From an uncultured Chloroflexia bacterium (GTDB taxonomy: Bacteria > Chloroflexota > Chloroflexia > QHBQ01 > JADMIH01): a stretch of 64,000 nucleotides of DNA. Every line of letters starts with the position of its first letter. The stretch's first letter is position 1. The notes below the pieces were generated by a model. The model was given only the letters and a program-made list of their open reading frames with translations. It was not told where the DNA came from and made no database searches. The translations under genes were made by a program, and so were the position numbers. The stretch is from NCBI GenBank assembly GCA_963797095.1, contig CAWCNY010000002.1:480001-544000 (forward strand). Direction: 5' to 3'. Shown here one piece after another: positions 1-9,738 of this stretch.

Positions 1-37
1 TTCAGACCATGACCTGCTAAGAGAAAAGAGACAACGA

Positions 38-1024
38 ATGCTACCGATAAGGATCGCGGGTATAGGACACTATCTGCCGGAGCGGCGCGTGACCAGCGCC
101 GAGTTGGAGGAGCGCCTTGGCATACCTGCCGGGTGGGTGGAGCGCGTCACGGGCGTGCGCGAGCGCCGCTATTCGTCGGGGGATACAGGCGTGGATATGG
201 CGGTTGCTTCCTGCCGTGCGGCCCTCGAAGCTTCGGGGGTGCGCCTGGATGATGTGGACGCAATCGTTGGCGCATCTACTGCTCCCCACCAGGCGATCCC
301 CTGCACCGCAGCCCTGGTTGGGAGAGCGTTGGGCGCACCCGACGGCAAGAGCGCCTGCTGGGATGTGAATGCCACCTGCCTCAGCTTCATGTTTGCTCTG
401 CAATCCGTAGCTCACATGGTATCGGCGGGCGTCTACCGCAACGTCCTCCTTTTCAGCAGCGAGCTTACATCTCTCTCACTCAATCCCAAAGAACGGGAAA
501 GCGCCGTGCTGTTTGGCGATGCCGCCGCTGCCGTGCTGGTTACGCGCAGCGCCCAGAGCGAGGCAAGCAGTTTGTGGCGCTCTCATTTCGTCACCTACAC
601 CAGCGGAGCGGAACTCACCCGCATAGTGGGCGGCGGCACCGCTCACCACCCCAACGACCCATCTACTACCCCCGAAATGAACCTTTTCAGCATGCAAGGC
701 CCCGCCATCTTCAAGATGGGTGCGCGCTTCCTTGGCCCTTTCCTCGACGATTTCTTTCGCTCCATAGAGCTTGACCGCACCGGTTTCGATGCGGTGGTTC
801 CGCACCAGGCCAGCAGACACGCTATAGAGATGCTCATAAAGCAAGGTATCAACCGCGAGCAGATTGTCATGAACCTTGCCACCAGGGGCAACTGCATCGC
901 CGCCTCGATCCCCCTGGCCCTCTCCGAGGCTGTCCAGAGTGGCCGCGTCAACCGAGGCGATAACGTGTTGCTGGTGGGCAGTGGCGCAGGTTTCACACTT
1001 GGGGCGATGGCGCTGACATTTTAG
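38..1024 (+). CDS. 3-oxoacyl-ACP synthase III (FabH-like) family protein
   Basis: Catalytic Cys (NATCLSF), PHQA and RGNCIAASIP motifs; FGDAAAA. Confidence 0.9.
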   Translation: MLPIRIAGIGHYLPERRVTSAELEERLGIPAGWVERVTGVRERRYSSGDTGVDMAVASCRAALEASGVRLDDVDAIVGASTAPHQAIPCTAALVGRALGAPDGKSACWDVNATCLSFMFALQSVAHMVSAGVYRNVLLFSSELTSLSLNPKERESAVLFGDAAAAVLVTRSAQSEASSLWRSHFVTYTSGAELTRIVGGGTAHHPNDPSTTPEMNLFSMQGPAIFKMGARFLGPFLDDFFRSIELDRTGFDAVVPHQASRHAIEMLIKQGINREQIVMNLATRGNCIAASIPLALSEAVQSGRVNRGDNVLLVGSGAGFTLGAMALTF

Positions 1025-1025
1025 G

Positions 1026-1093
1026 AGTTCCTGGTTCCAAGTTCCAAGTTGGGGGAGTGCAAACCAGGAACCAGGAACCAGGAACCAGGAACT
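1026..1093. repeat. Inverted heptamer-repeat hairpin (agttcca/ggttcca ... ggaacca x4)
   Basis: agttcctggttcc at the left end is the reverse complement of ggaaccaggaact at the right end. Confidence 0.85.
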
Positions 1094-1883
1094 TTGAAAA
1101 CAGCCTTAGTAACAGGCGGAGGAACCGGTATCGGAGGCGGGATTGCGCTTGCATTGGCCCGTCGTGGGTACGGCGTGGCACTGGCCGGTCGGCGCGCCGA
1201 TCCCCTGAATGAGGTGGCCCGCCTGTTGGAGGGTCGTGGGGCGCGCTGTAGCTCTTCCCGCCGACCTGTCGAATCCCGCTGAACTTGGTGGCCTTTTAGA
1301 GCGTGTGCGCCTGGCTCTTGGCCCTCTTGACCTGCTTGTGAACAACGCGGGCACCATGGTGGGCGGCAACCTTGCTTCGCTTACCTACGAAGAGGTATCC
1401 AGAGCGGTCGCGACCAATCTCACCGCCCCTATCGAGCTAACCCGCCAGGCGCTTCCCGATTTGCGCGAGCGCCGGGGCGCGGTAATCTTCATCGCTAGCA
1501 CCATGAGCATCGTGCCCATGCCCTCAGCCTCCATCTACTCCGCTACCAAGGCAGGCATCAGGGCTTTCGCGGATAGCATCCGCTATGAGCTTGAGCCTGC
1601 GCGCGTGCGCGTGCTGGTGGCCTACCCTCCACCCACCGATACGGCCATGATCAGGGGTATGGATCGCGTTTCCGGCCTGCCGCGCTTCCCCAAGCGCAAC
1701 CCTGCGTTAGTTGGCGAGCAAATAGTGCGCGCCCTTGTGGAGGGACGCAAAGAGCTAATCTTCGTCGGCGACCGCGCTTTCTCCCTCCTCTATAGGATGT
1801 CTCCCTCCCTGGTAAGAGCCATATTTCGCACACAGCGCGCCCGCTTTGAAAGGATGATGATGTCCACGCGGAGGGAGCGATAG
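1094..1883 (+). pseudogene. SDR family oxidoreductase, frameshifted at ~1241-1246 (or sequencing error)
   Basis: TGGGTGIG Rossmann motif in the 1049 frame; NNAG and YSATK in the 1209 frame; frames switch at gcgcgc. Confidence 0.8.
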
Positions 1884-1947
1884 CTTCTCGTTTGGTGTAT
1901 ACTTTGGAACCTTGAATCTTGAGCCGTGAATACTTGCGAGGAAAACC

Positions 1948-2991
1948 TTGTCTATTGAAACCTATTTGCAAGCCATACCCAAAGCCGAACTACACGTTCA
2001 CCTCGAAGGCTCAATCCTCCCCGGCACCCTCCTTACCCTGGCGCGGAACAACAACGTGGCTTTGCCTGCCAACACCGTCGAAGGACTGCGTGAATGGTTC
2101 CGTTTTCGCGACTTCCCTCATTTTGTCGAGATCTACGTTGCCATTACCCGCTGCCTGCGCACAGCCGCCGATTACGAGCTGGTAGTTCACGAGTTCGGGG
2201 CCGAGATGGCCCGCCAGAACGTGCGCTACGCTGAGGCGACCTTTACCCCCGGCACCCACCACGCGCTCGGTGTGCCGTTTGATGTTTATTTTGCCGGCCT
2301 TACGCGAGGCCGCGAGCGCGCACGCGCCGACTTCGGCGTGGAAATTACGTGGATTTTCGACATTGTGCGCGACAACCCCGACCCCAAGCACCCGGAATAC
2401 ACTCTCTGGGCAGCAATCGAAGGTATGCAGGATGGTGTGATCGCCCTCGGACTTGGCGGCTATGAAGCTCCCCATCCGCCGGATAGCTTCGCCCCCTGGT
2501 TCGAGCGCGCACGGCAGGCGGGCCTACATACCATTCCTCACGCGGGCGAAACCGGCGGCCCCGACAGTGTTTGGAGCTCAATCCGCAAGCTACATGCCGA
2601 ACGGCTGGGCCACGGCGTGCGCTCCATCGAAGACCCCGCTTTGGTCCAATACCTGGCCGAAAGCGGCATCCCGCTTGAGGTTTGCCCCACCAGTAACATG
2701 CGTCTGGGCCTCTACAGCGGCGTCGCCACCCACCCGATGCGCCGCCTCCACGATGCAGGCGTGGTGGTCACCATCAACTCCGACGATCCGCCCCTATTTA
2801 ACACAACCCTCAATGACGAGGTGGCCTTGCTTCATAATGGCTTTGGCTTCGACCTGAATAGCATAGACGAGATAATTCTGAACGGGATGCGCTACGCCTG
2901 CCTCGCTCCCGACCGCAAAGAGGCCATGCTTGGGCAGTTTCAGGCGGAGATGTCCTCACTGAAAGCCGAGCATAGTATTGGGCCTCAGTAA
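1948..2991 (+). CDS. add: Adenosine deaminase
   Basis: PKAELHVHLEG, HAGE, GHG, EVCPTSN and NSDDP motifs. Confidence 0.93.
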   Translation: MSIETYLQAIPKAELHVHLEGSILPGTLLTLARNNNVALPANTVEGLREWFRFRDFPHFVEIYVAITRCLRTAADYELVVHEFGAEMARQNVRYAEATFTPGTHHALGVPFDVYFAGLTRGRERARADFGVEITWIFDIVRDNPDPKHPEYTLWAAIEGMQDGVIALGLGGYEAPHPPDSFAPWFERARQAGLHTIPHAGETGGPDSVWSSIRKLHAERLGHGVRSIEDPALVQYLAESGIPLEVCPTSNMRLGLYSGVATHPMRRLHDAGVVVTINSDDPPLFNTTLNDEVALLHNGFGFDLNSIDEIILNGMRYACLAPDRKEAMLGQFQAEMSSLKAEHSIGPQ

Positions 2992-3056
2992 GATCTAGAG
3001 AGGGGCAAATCGATGGTTAGCCGATTTGCCCCTCTTTCATTTTTCTATGAATTATC

Positions 3057-5867
3057 TCACGGTATGGGTGTTGGATAGACGATCCCCGGCATCGGAGTCG
3101 GCTTGACGTTGGGCTGGTCTTTCGTCGGGGCCGCATGCAATTGCTTGTTCTTATCCCTGTAGGTAGTGCAGCCCTTCGGCGGGTTCTCTTCCAGGAAGTA
3201 GTCGTTGATGTCGCCCTTCTCCGAGCAGGCCCACGCCTTGATAAGGCCGTCAGGCTCAATGAAGTCGCGTTGGAGTTTCCCGTTCGGACCCTCCACCAGG
3301 TCCACAAAGCCGGGGTTCTTATAGAACGCTTCCATGAAGTTGTGCCAGATAGTGGCCGCACCTATAGCGCCCGTCACCTTCGCCATCTCCGCGTTGTTGT
3401 TGTTACCAACCCACACGCCTACCGTCAGGTTGGGTGTATATCCCAGCGTCCAGCTGTCGCGGTTGTCGTCGGTGGTGCCGGTCTTGGCCGCCGCCGGGAA
3501 ACTCACCTTTAGCGCGCTGTTCGAGCCGAATTCGGGGGTGCGTGCCTTGTTATCGGATAGGATCGAGGTAATCATGTAAGAAATGCGGGGGTCCAGCACC
3601 TGATCGCCTGACGGATTGTCGTCCAACTGGTAGATCGTGCGCCCTTGAGCGTCCTCTATTCTCAAGATAGGGTTGGCATCGATCTCGCGCCCCCCGTTGG
3701 CAAAGGTCGAGTAAACGTTGGTCATGTCGAGCAATGTCACCTCTCCACCGCCAAGCGTCAGCGACAAGCCGTAGAAGCTGGAGTCGTAGATCAGGCTATC
3801 CTTGCTCTTCAATCCCATCTCGCGGGCAAAGTCGATTGTGTCCTGCACGCCCGCAAACTGAATCGCCTTCACGGCGGGTATATTGAACGAATTGGCGAGG
3901 GCTTCACGGACTGTCACCCAGCCGTGATCTTGCCCATCGTAGTTATGGGGTGTGTAGTCTTTCTGGCCGGGGTTGGGGAAGGCCGTAAGCGTGTCCAGTA
4001 AGACCGTGCCGGGCGACCATCCCTTCCGGAAAGCATTGGCGTAGGTTATCGGCTTGAACGACGACCCAGGCTGGCGCGGGCGCGTTGCCACATTCACCTG
4101 CCCATCTATCGATTGGTCGTTGTAATCTACTGAACCGACCATCGCCAGGATCTCTCCCGTGTTGGGCTTCATCACCACCATGGCGGCGTTGGTCGCCTTC
4201 TGCGCGCGCAGGTCGGCTATCCTGTCGTGGGCTACCTGCTGTGCCGTGTCTTGCACGTTCAGGTCCAGCGTGGTATACACCTTGAGGCCCGCGTTGGCGG
4301 CGGCAGGGCCGTACTTTTGCTCAAGATATTCCTTCACATAATATACGAAGTGAGGGGCTTTAATACTCGGCTCTTCGCGATTGAGCACGATCTGGTAGTT
4401 TACAGCTTCGGTTTCCTGCTCAGACGTGATCATCCCCTGTTTTTCCATCTGGTCGAGTGTGTAAAGCTCACGCTCGCGCGCTCCGTCGTAATTCTTGAGC
4501 GGATCGTCGGCGTCCGGTGATTGTGCTAACCCCGCGATCAATGCGGCTTCGGCCAGATTGAGGTCTTGGGCGCTCTTGCCAAAGTAGGTGCGAGCAGCGG
4601 CCCCCACCCCGTATGCACGGTGGCCGTAATACGTCTGGTTGAGATAAAGCTCCATTATGTACTCTTTGGAGTACGTGCGCGTCATCTCAACTGCGAGTGC
4701 GGCTTCTTTGATCTTGCGCGTAAGCGACGTTTCAGTTCGCTCGTCCAGCGACATAAAGATATTGCGCGCAAGCTGCTGCGTAATAGTCGATGCGCCCGAG
4801 GAGCCATCGTCCTGCCTCAGGTTGATCACGACGGCGCGAGCTATGGCATACGGGTCGATGCCGGCGTTGGTCCAGAAACTGGCATCTTCAGCCGCCACGG
4901 TCGCGCTGATCACCAGCGGCGAAATCTCGTCAAGGCTGAGCTCTTCGTGCAAGCCGGTTTCTTCGTCCACGAAGTCATATAGTGGCACACCATTGCGGTC
5001 GTATATCTTGGTGGTCTGGGCCATGATGCCGTTATCGGCGATGCCTTGTGCCAGGTGATCGGGGTCAACCGGTGGCAGTTGGCTCAGGTAGTAACCTGCG
5101 CCTGCGAACCCGGCCCCCATACCCGTGCTTGTCAACAGGAAGAGGAACACAAAAAGCACGATCACAATACGGGCTGTCACGCCCATCGCCCCACCTTTGC
5201 CGTGGCGGTGCGCGGCGGCGAGCGCTCGCACGTTACCCACCCTGGAACGGGCGCGCAATTGCCGGTGGCGCATCAAAAAGGCCGGGAGCGGGCGCTTGCC
5301 CGACTGCCTGCGTCTGCCTCTTCCTGCGGTGGATGGTAGTAAGGGCCATTCTTGCGTTTTCAGCCTGAGCCTCAGCCCCGCCAGGTCCGACTCGCGCAGG
5401 GGCGCGGTCGGAGCGATGGTTCCCATCCCATTGGTGACTATATCTTTGGTGTCGAAATTGATCCGGGCTTTCTGCCCGTTGCCGTTGGTTGCATCTAAAT
5501 TGAGTTTGCCGGTGCTATTGCGCGCACCCACACCGTGGCCGTTGCCGTTCCCATTAGGATTGCCGTTGGCATAGCCAATGCTCAGTTGGCTCGTGCTGCC
5601 GATGCGCACCCGAACAGGACGCACGCCACCGGCCCGTTGAAGATCGACGGTGCTACCATACCCATTGCCACTACCGTTATCGTTGCTCGAATCGTCGTTG
5701 GTCGGGCTTGCAACCTCGGTTATCTCTTGAGTGCTCTGATCGCCCTGTATCGAGTTGTTCTCGATGTCTTTGCTCTTGCCGTTGGTGTGGCCGTTCCGCC
5801 TGGGCTTCGGTGTTCCCTTGCCCCCTGCTTCGTCAGCCACCTGCCGTTCGTTCTTTGTGTCAGCCAT
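3057..5867 (-). CDS. Class A penicillin-binding protein (transglycosylase-transpeptidase) with long N-terminal extension
   Basis: EDASF, GASTITQQLAR, RKIKE; SSFK, SFN and KTG motifs; single TM helix. Confidence 0.93.
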   Translation of the reverse strand: MADTKNERQVADEAGGKGTPKPRRNGHTNGKSKDIENNSIQGDQSTQEITEVASPTNDDSSNDNGSGNGYGSTVDLQRAGGVRPVRVRIGSTSQLSIGYANGNPNGNGNGHGVGARNSTGKLNLDATNGNGQKARINFDTKDIVTNGMGTIAPTAPLRESDLAGLRLRLKTQEWPLLPSTAGRGRRRQSGKRPLPAFLMRHRQLRARSRVGNVRALAAAHRHGKGGAMGVTARIVIVLFVFLFLLTSTGMGAGFAGAGYYLSQLPPVDPDHLAQGIADNGIMAQTTKIYDRNGVPLYDFVDEETGLHEELSLDEISPLVISATVAAEDASFWTNAGIDPYAIARAVVINLRQDDGSSGASTITQQLARNIFMSLDERTETSLTRKIKEAALAVEMTRTYSKEYIMELYLNQTYYGHRAYGVGAAARTYFGKSAQDLNLAEAALIAGLAQSPDADDPLKNYDGARERELYTLDQMEKQGMITSEQETEAVNYQIVLNREEPSIKAPHFVYYVKEYLEQKYGPAAANAGLKVYTTLDLNVQDTAQQVAHDRIADLRAQKATNAAMVVMKPNTGEILAMVGSVDYNDQSIDGQVNVATRPRQPGSSFKPITYANAFRKGWSPGTVLLDTLTAFPNPGQKDYTPHNYDGQDHGWVTVREALANSFNIPAVKAIQFAGVQDTIDFAREMGLKSKDSLIYDSSFYGLSLTLGGGEVTLLDMTNVYSTFANGGREIDANPILRIEDAQGRTIYQLDDNPSGDQVLDPRISYMITSILSDNKARTPEFGSNSALKVSFPAAAKTGTTDDNRDSWTLGYTPNLTVGVWVGNNNNAEMAKVTGAIGAATIWHNFMEAFYKNPGFVDLVEGPNGKLQRDFIEPDGLIKAWACSEKGDINDYFLEENPPKGCTTYRDKNKQLHAAPTKDQPNVKPTPMPGIVYPTPIP

Positions 5868-6173
5868 AATTACCCAGTCTGATCAAATCATCTAGTAGTT
5901 AGGGATGTAAGACCTGCTTCTCCGCGCTAATATGAGTATAGCATAATCTATACCCGAAGCGCCCTCTTTGCCTTCACCCACACCGTTAAACGAAGCAATA
6001 TGCGATTTGATGCAAGAATCACGATCCCTTATTCGTCTTCCCAGGTAGACATATTGCCCGCATGATCCTCTAAGACCTATAATAAGGCCACCATCTTCCA
6101 CTACCAATGAGCAATTGTACTATGCTATGTTACGCTAACAACGCATCAGACCACATTCGTGAGGGGGAGCATT

Positions 6174-7256
6174 ATGAACAGAGTAGCCACCGGAAATGTC
6201 ATATTGGCCGAGCCTGACGTAGCCGAGGCCGTGCCTGATGTGCTCAACCGTTCAACTCCGCAGCCTCTTGAGTGGTCCGGCGTCCTCGCCCAGAAAGGTT
6301 ATGTGCTGGGCGCAGACATAAGCGGCGACGGTGAGCGTGTGGTGCTGGCCGACCTGCGCGGCAGCGTGGTGGGTCGCTCGGAGCAGGCTCATGGCAGGGC
6401 TGCCGATGCCGACGGCGGCATTGCGGGTATATCCCCCGCCGAAGTGGTTGATCGGGTTTCCGGCATGATGCGCGCTCTCCTGAAAGAGCACCGTATCAAG
6501 CCTCGCGAGGTTCTGCGGGCGGCTGTTGGTTTCGGCGGGCCGGTAGACGCTTTGCTCGGCCAGGTGCGTATGCACCATGACGCGCCCGGTTGGGAGGGTT
6601 TCGCGCTAGCTGAGAGCGTGGAAACCGTCCTCGATGTGCCCACCTATCTCGAAAATGATGCCCGTTTGGCCGCTTTGGGCGAAGTATGGTTCGGTGCGGG
6701 CCGTGGCACCTCCGATTGCGATATGGTGTACGTCCATTGGAGCACAGGCGTAGGCGGCGGGATCGTTATCGATGGCAAGCTCCTGCGCGGCGCATCGACC
6801 ATCGCGGGCGAGATCGGCCACACAGTGGTTCATACAGGCGATGATGCCCTCCCGTGCAGGTGTGGAGGCAAAGGCCACCTCGAAGCTTACGTGCGCGGTA
6901 CGGCGCTCCTCGCAAGGGCGCGCGCCTTGCTTGGCGAGCCTGATGCCCCTGACGATATCGCCTCACTATTCGCACAGGCCGAGTTTCACCTGCCGATTCA
7001 TGGCCTGCTGGATGAAGCAGTTTCTCTACTGGGTGTGACTGTCGCCAATCTTATCACGCAGATCAATCCTAACCTGGTGGTCATAGGGGGTAGCGTGGCG
7101 CGCCACGCTGGCGACCTCATCCCGCGCATCTCAGACTTTGCTCTCCGGTCAGCGATGCCCCTATCGTCCCTGGACGTCCATATTATGCCCGCCCGGCTAG
7201 GCGACGAATCCACACTTATGGGCGCGGTAGCTCTGGCCCTCGACAGCCTACGATAA
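6174..7256 (+). CDS. ROK family protein (sugar kinase type)
   Basis: ENDARLAALGE, GVGGG, AGEIGH and CRCGGKGHLE; ATG after gggggag. Confidence 0.9.
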   Translation: MNRVATGNVILAEPDVAEAVPDVLNRSTPQPLEWSGVLAQKGYVLGADISGDGERVVLADLRGSVVGRSEQAHGRAADADGGIAGISPAEVVDRVSGMMRALLKEHRIKPREVLRAAVGFGGPVDALLGQVRMHHDAPGWEGFALAESVETVLDVPTYLENDARLAALGEVWFGAGRGTSDCDMVYVHWSTGVGGGIVIDGKLLRGASTIAGEIGHTVVHTGDDALPCRCGGKGHLEAYVRGTALLARARALLGEPDAPDDIASLFAQAEFHLPIHGLLDEAVSLLGVTVANLITQINPNLVVIGGSVARHAGDLIPRISDFALRSAMPLSSLDVHIMPARLGDESTLMGAVALALDSLR

Positions 7257-7273
7257 TTACAGGCTACCGGCAA

Positions 7274-7993
7274 CTATCCCGCAGCCAGGTGCTCGGCGCG
7301 CTTCTTGATCCCTATAAGCATTCCGCGCTCCATGATGAACTCGCCTATGTCGAGCAAACCCGTCACGAGCAGGGATGCGAGCGTGGGCCACGGCGATTTC
7401 TTGAGGTTGTTCAGGGTCTCTTTATTCAGCATCATCCCGAAATCGAAGTGCGCTCGCCACCTCGCCACAAGACGAGTGCGCCCATCTTTCAGGTCGCGCA
7501 AATGCCACACCCAGGACAGAGACATTTCGTCCTGGTTGGCTGCTGTCACCAGCAGTTTGTTCGGCTCAACCGCCTTCACCACAGGCCCCATACCATCGGG
7601 CGACAGCGGAATTACATCGCCTACCTTCAGGTCCTGCATCTCAGGCACAACCCAATCGATGCTGTGGATATCAAGCCCTGCCAGATTCTCCAGCCAGTCA
7701 TATGTGTACAGACCACCCCTACCCTGACCCATTTGCGCAAGCCACGGCCACACATCCTCAGGGGGCGCATTTATAGTCACCGCACGCGTTGTGTTGAATT
7801 TCGGCTTCTCCACCAGCTCATCGCCCGGCATTATCATCTTGACTTCTTCGTCGGTCGCGCCCCACCTGTGCTGCCACGGCTTGATCGCGCGCCGGTATAC
7901 CGTACTTACTGCGGCTCCCACCAGCGCGATCTTGCTTGCAATACGCACGATTCTCCTGGATGCCGGTGCCCCTCTCCTGGTTTTCGATCTCAT
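7274..7993 (-). CDS. SRPBCC family protein
   Basis: WGATDEE...TRAVTINAPPEDVWPWLAQMGQGRGGLY signature. Confidence 0.8.
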   Translation of the reverse strand: MRSKTRRGAPASRRIVRIASKIALVGAAVSTVYRRAIKPWQHRWGATDEEVKMIMPGDELVEKPKFNTTRAVTINAPPEDVWPWLAQMGQGRGGLYTYDWLENLAGLDIHSIDWVVPEMQDLKVGDVIPLSPDGMGPVVKAVEPNKLLVTAANQDEMSLSWVWHLRDLKDGRTRLVARWRAHFDFGMMLNKETLNNLKKSPWPTLASLLVTGLLDIGEFIMERGMLIGIKKRAEHLAAG

Positions 7994-8111
7994 TTCTGGA
8001 CCTCCCATTATGCTGCTCGCCGGTTCTCCTATATGTGAAGCTGAGCGGTGGCGCATCCTGAAGCGCCACCGCCTGATTATTGCTTACAGTTTCATCTATT
8101 TCATTTACCCA

Positions 8112-8585
8112 CTAAGTAGCATGCAGGACCGGCGTGCCCACCTTCTCAAGCGCTGCACGTGCCCACGACGCGGCCCTGTCAAGCTCACCCTGCTCTAGTG
8201 GCCCTTCTTTGCCGCTCACAAAGAAGCTTTCGGCGGGCATGATCAGTTTGCAGCCCAGGTGTTGCAGCTTCTTGGCTATCTTGTCGGCGGCAGAGCCTGA
8301 AACCCACTCGGCCATATGCACTCGCGTGTCGAACACTATAGCCGGTGTGCCCTTCACGGCATCGGCCGGTATTCTGTCGAGCAGGTCTTCTATCTTGGGC
8401 GATAGCCCGTGCCTTTGCGTGGGTCCGCCCATCACCAACAGATTTATCCCAGCCAGGTCTTCGACCGCCAGGGTCCCGGCGGGCACCGTCCTTACATGCC
8501 CGTATTGTCGCAGGGTGTTGGCGATGGCCTCAGTTATCTCCCAGGTGTTCCCGTACAGCGAATCGTAAATAACCAATGTGTTCAT
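8112..8585 (-). CDS. Flavodoxin-like protein
   Basis: YDSLYGNT FMN loop, GGPT, FDTR, GPLxxGE. Confidence 0.88.
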   Translation of the reverse strand: MNTLVIYDSLYGNTWEITEAIANTLRQYGHVRTVPAGTLAVEDLAGINLLVMGGPTQRHGLSPKIEDLLDRIPADAVKGTPAIVFDTRVHMAEWVSGSAADKIAKKLQHLGCKLIMPAESFFVSGKEGPLEQGELDRAASWARAALEKVGTPVLHAT

Positions 8586-8597
8586 AGCAATTCTCCT

Positions 8598-9002
8598 TTA
8601 CCTCAGTTGCTCCGCGACCTGGTCGCCCCACGGTGTGAGCAGAACGATCAGTACCGCCAGATCCACCACTACTGCGCCTATTGCCGAGAATATCGGCATG
8701 ATGTTCAGCCAGGGTACGATAGCCACCAGCGACAGCACTGCCGATACGACCGCCAGCGACTGCCACCACTCTTGTTGGAAGATTACCCCCAGCCCTGCTC
8801 CGATAAATGCGATGAGCGCCACCAGCCACAAAACACCGAATGCCTTGCCCAGTGCGCTCTCCATCGTCACATCGTTTGATAGGAGCCAATGGCCCGGTGT
8901 AAGCCCGCTCGGTACAGTTGTCCAGGCAGCGAGCATGCCCATCGAATGCCCGATGCCATGCGCTATCAGCACTATTCCCACGATCCATCGCAACATTTCC
9001 AT
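8598..9002 (-). CDS. Four-TM membrane protein (HGIGH motif)
   Basis: Four hydrophobic segments; ggaggg RBS. Confidence 0.75.
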   Translation of the reverse strand: MEMLRWIVGIVLIAHGIGHSMGMLAAWTTVPSGLTPGHWLLSNDVTMESALGKAFGVLWLVALIAFIGAGLGVIFQQEWWQSLAVVSAVLSLVAIVPWLNIMPIFSAIGAVVVDLAVLIVLLTPWGDQVAEQLR

Positions 9003-9130
9003 GCCCTCCTACCAGTAATACTCGGCGGAGTAAAACTCCGCCAAATACAGGATAGTTTCTCCCGGTGAAAAAGAGGGTATAGCAAGGTAGACATCCGGTA
9101 ACAAACGCTTAGCCCGACCCTAAATGCCTA

Positions 9131-9165
9131 TTGACAGATCCATTAAGTTAGTGTATGCTCACTAA
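9131..9165 (+). promoter_or_regulatory. Sigma70 promoter (TTGACA-17-TATGCT) overlapped by palindromic operator TTAGTG-N6-CACTAA; probably leaderless tetR mRNA
   Basis: -35 at 9131, -10 at 9154, ATG at 9168 with no RBS; related palindrome at 11622. Confidence 0.75.
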
Positions 9166-9167
9166 CA

Positions 9168-9713
9168 ATGAGCGCGACCAAAACTACAACCATAGAGAAA
9201 ACCGGCAGGATGTCTGCCGAAGAGCGGCGTGACGAGGTGCTGGATGTCGCGATTGTCGAGTTCGCCAGGTATGGCCTGCACGGCGCATCTACCGAGCGCA
9301 TCGCGGTAGATGCGGGCATTTCTCAGCCCTACATCTTCCGCCTGTTCGGGACCAAGAAGGAACTCTTCATAGCCGCCACAGGACGGGTGTGCAAGCGTAT
9401 TCGTGCGACGTTCGAAGAAGCCGTCGCATCCAATCCCCACGATGCGCTTTTCGCTATGGGTCACTCCTACAAGAAACTGCTCTCGCAGAAGAACGAGCTG
9501 TTGGTGCTGCTCCAGGCGTTCGCGGCATCAGAAGACCACGAAGTGCAGAGCGCCGTGCGCAAGAGCTATGTCGAACTGATCGATTTCGTGAAGCAAAACT
9601 CGGGTACCGGCGACAAAGAGGTTATGGAGTTCTTCGCGCTCGGTATGCTCCTGACGGTCGGATCGGTGCTCGATCTCATGGATATAATGCAGGTGATGAA
9701 GCAGCATCTATAG
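9168..9713 (+). CDS. TetR/AcrR family transcriptional regulator
   Basis: N-terminal HTH GLHGASTERIAVDAGISQPYIFRLFGTKKEL. Confidence 0.93.
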   Translation: MSATKTTTIEKTGRMSAEERRDEVLDVAIVEFARYGLHGASTERIAVDAGISQPYIFRLFGTKKELFIAATGRVCKRIRATFEEAVASNPHDALFAMGHSYKKLLSQKNELLVLLQAFAASEDHEVQSAVRKSYVELIDFVKQNSGTGDKEVMEFFALGMLLTVGSVLDLMDIMQVMKQHL

Positions 9714-9738
9714 CTCAGGTCAAGCGCTCTCTTTTTTT

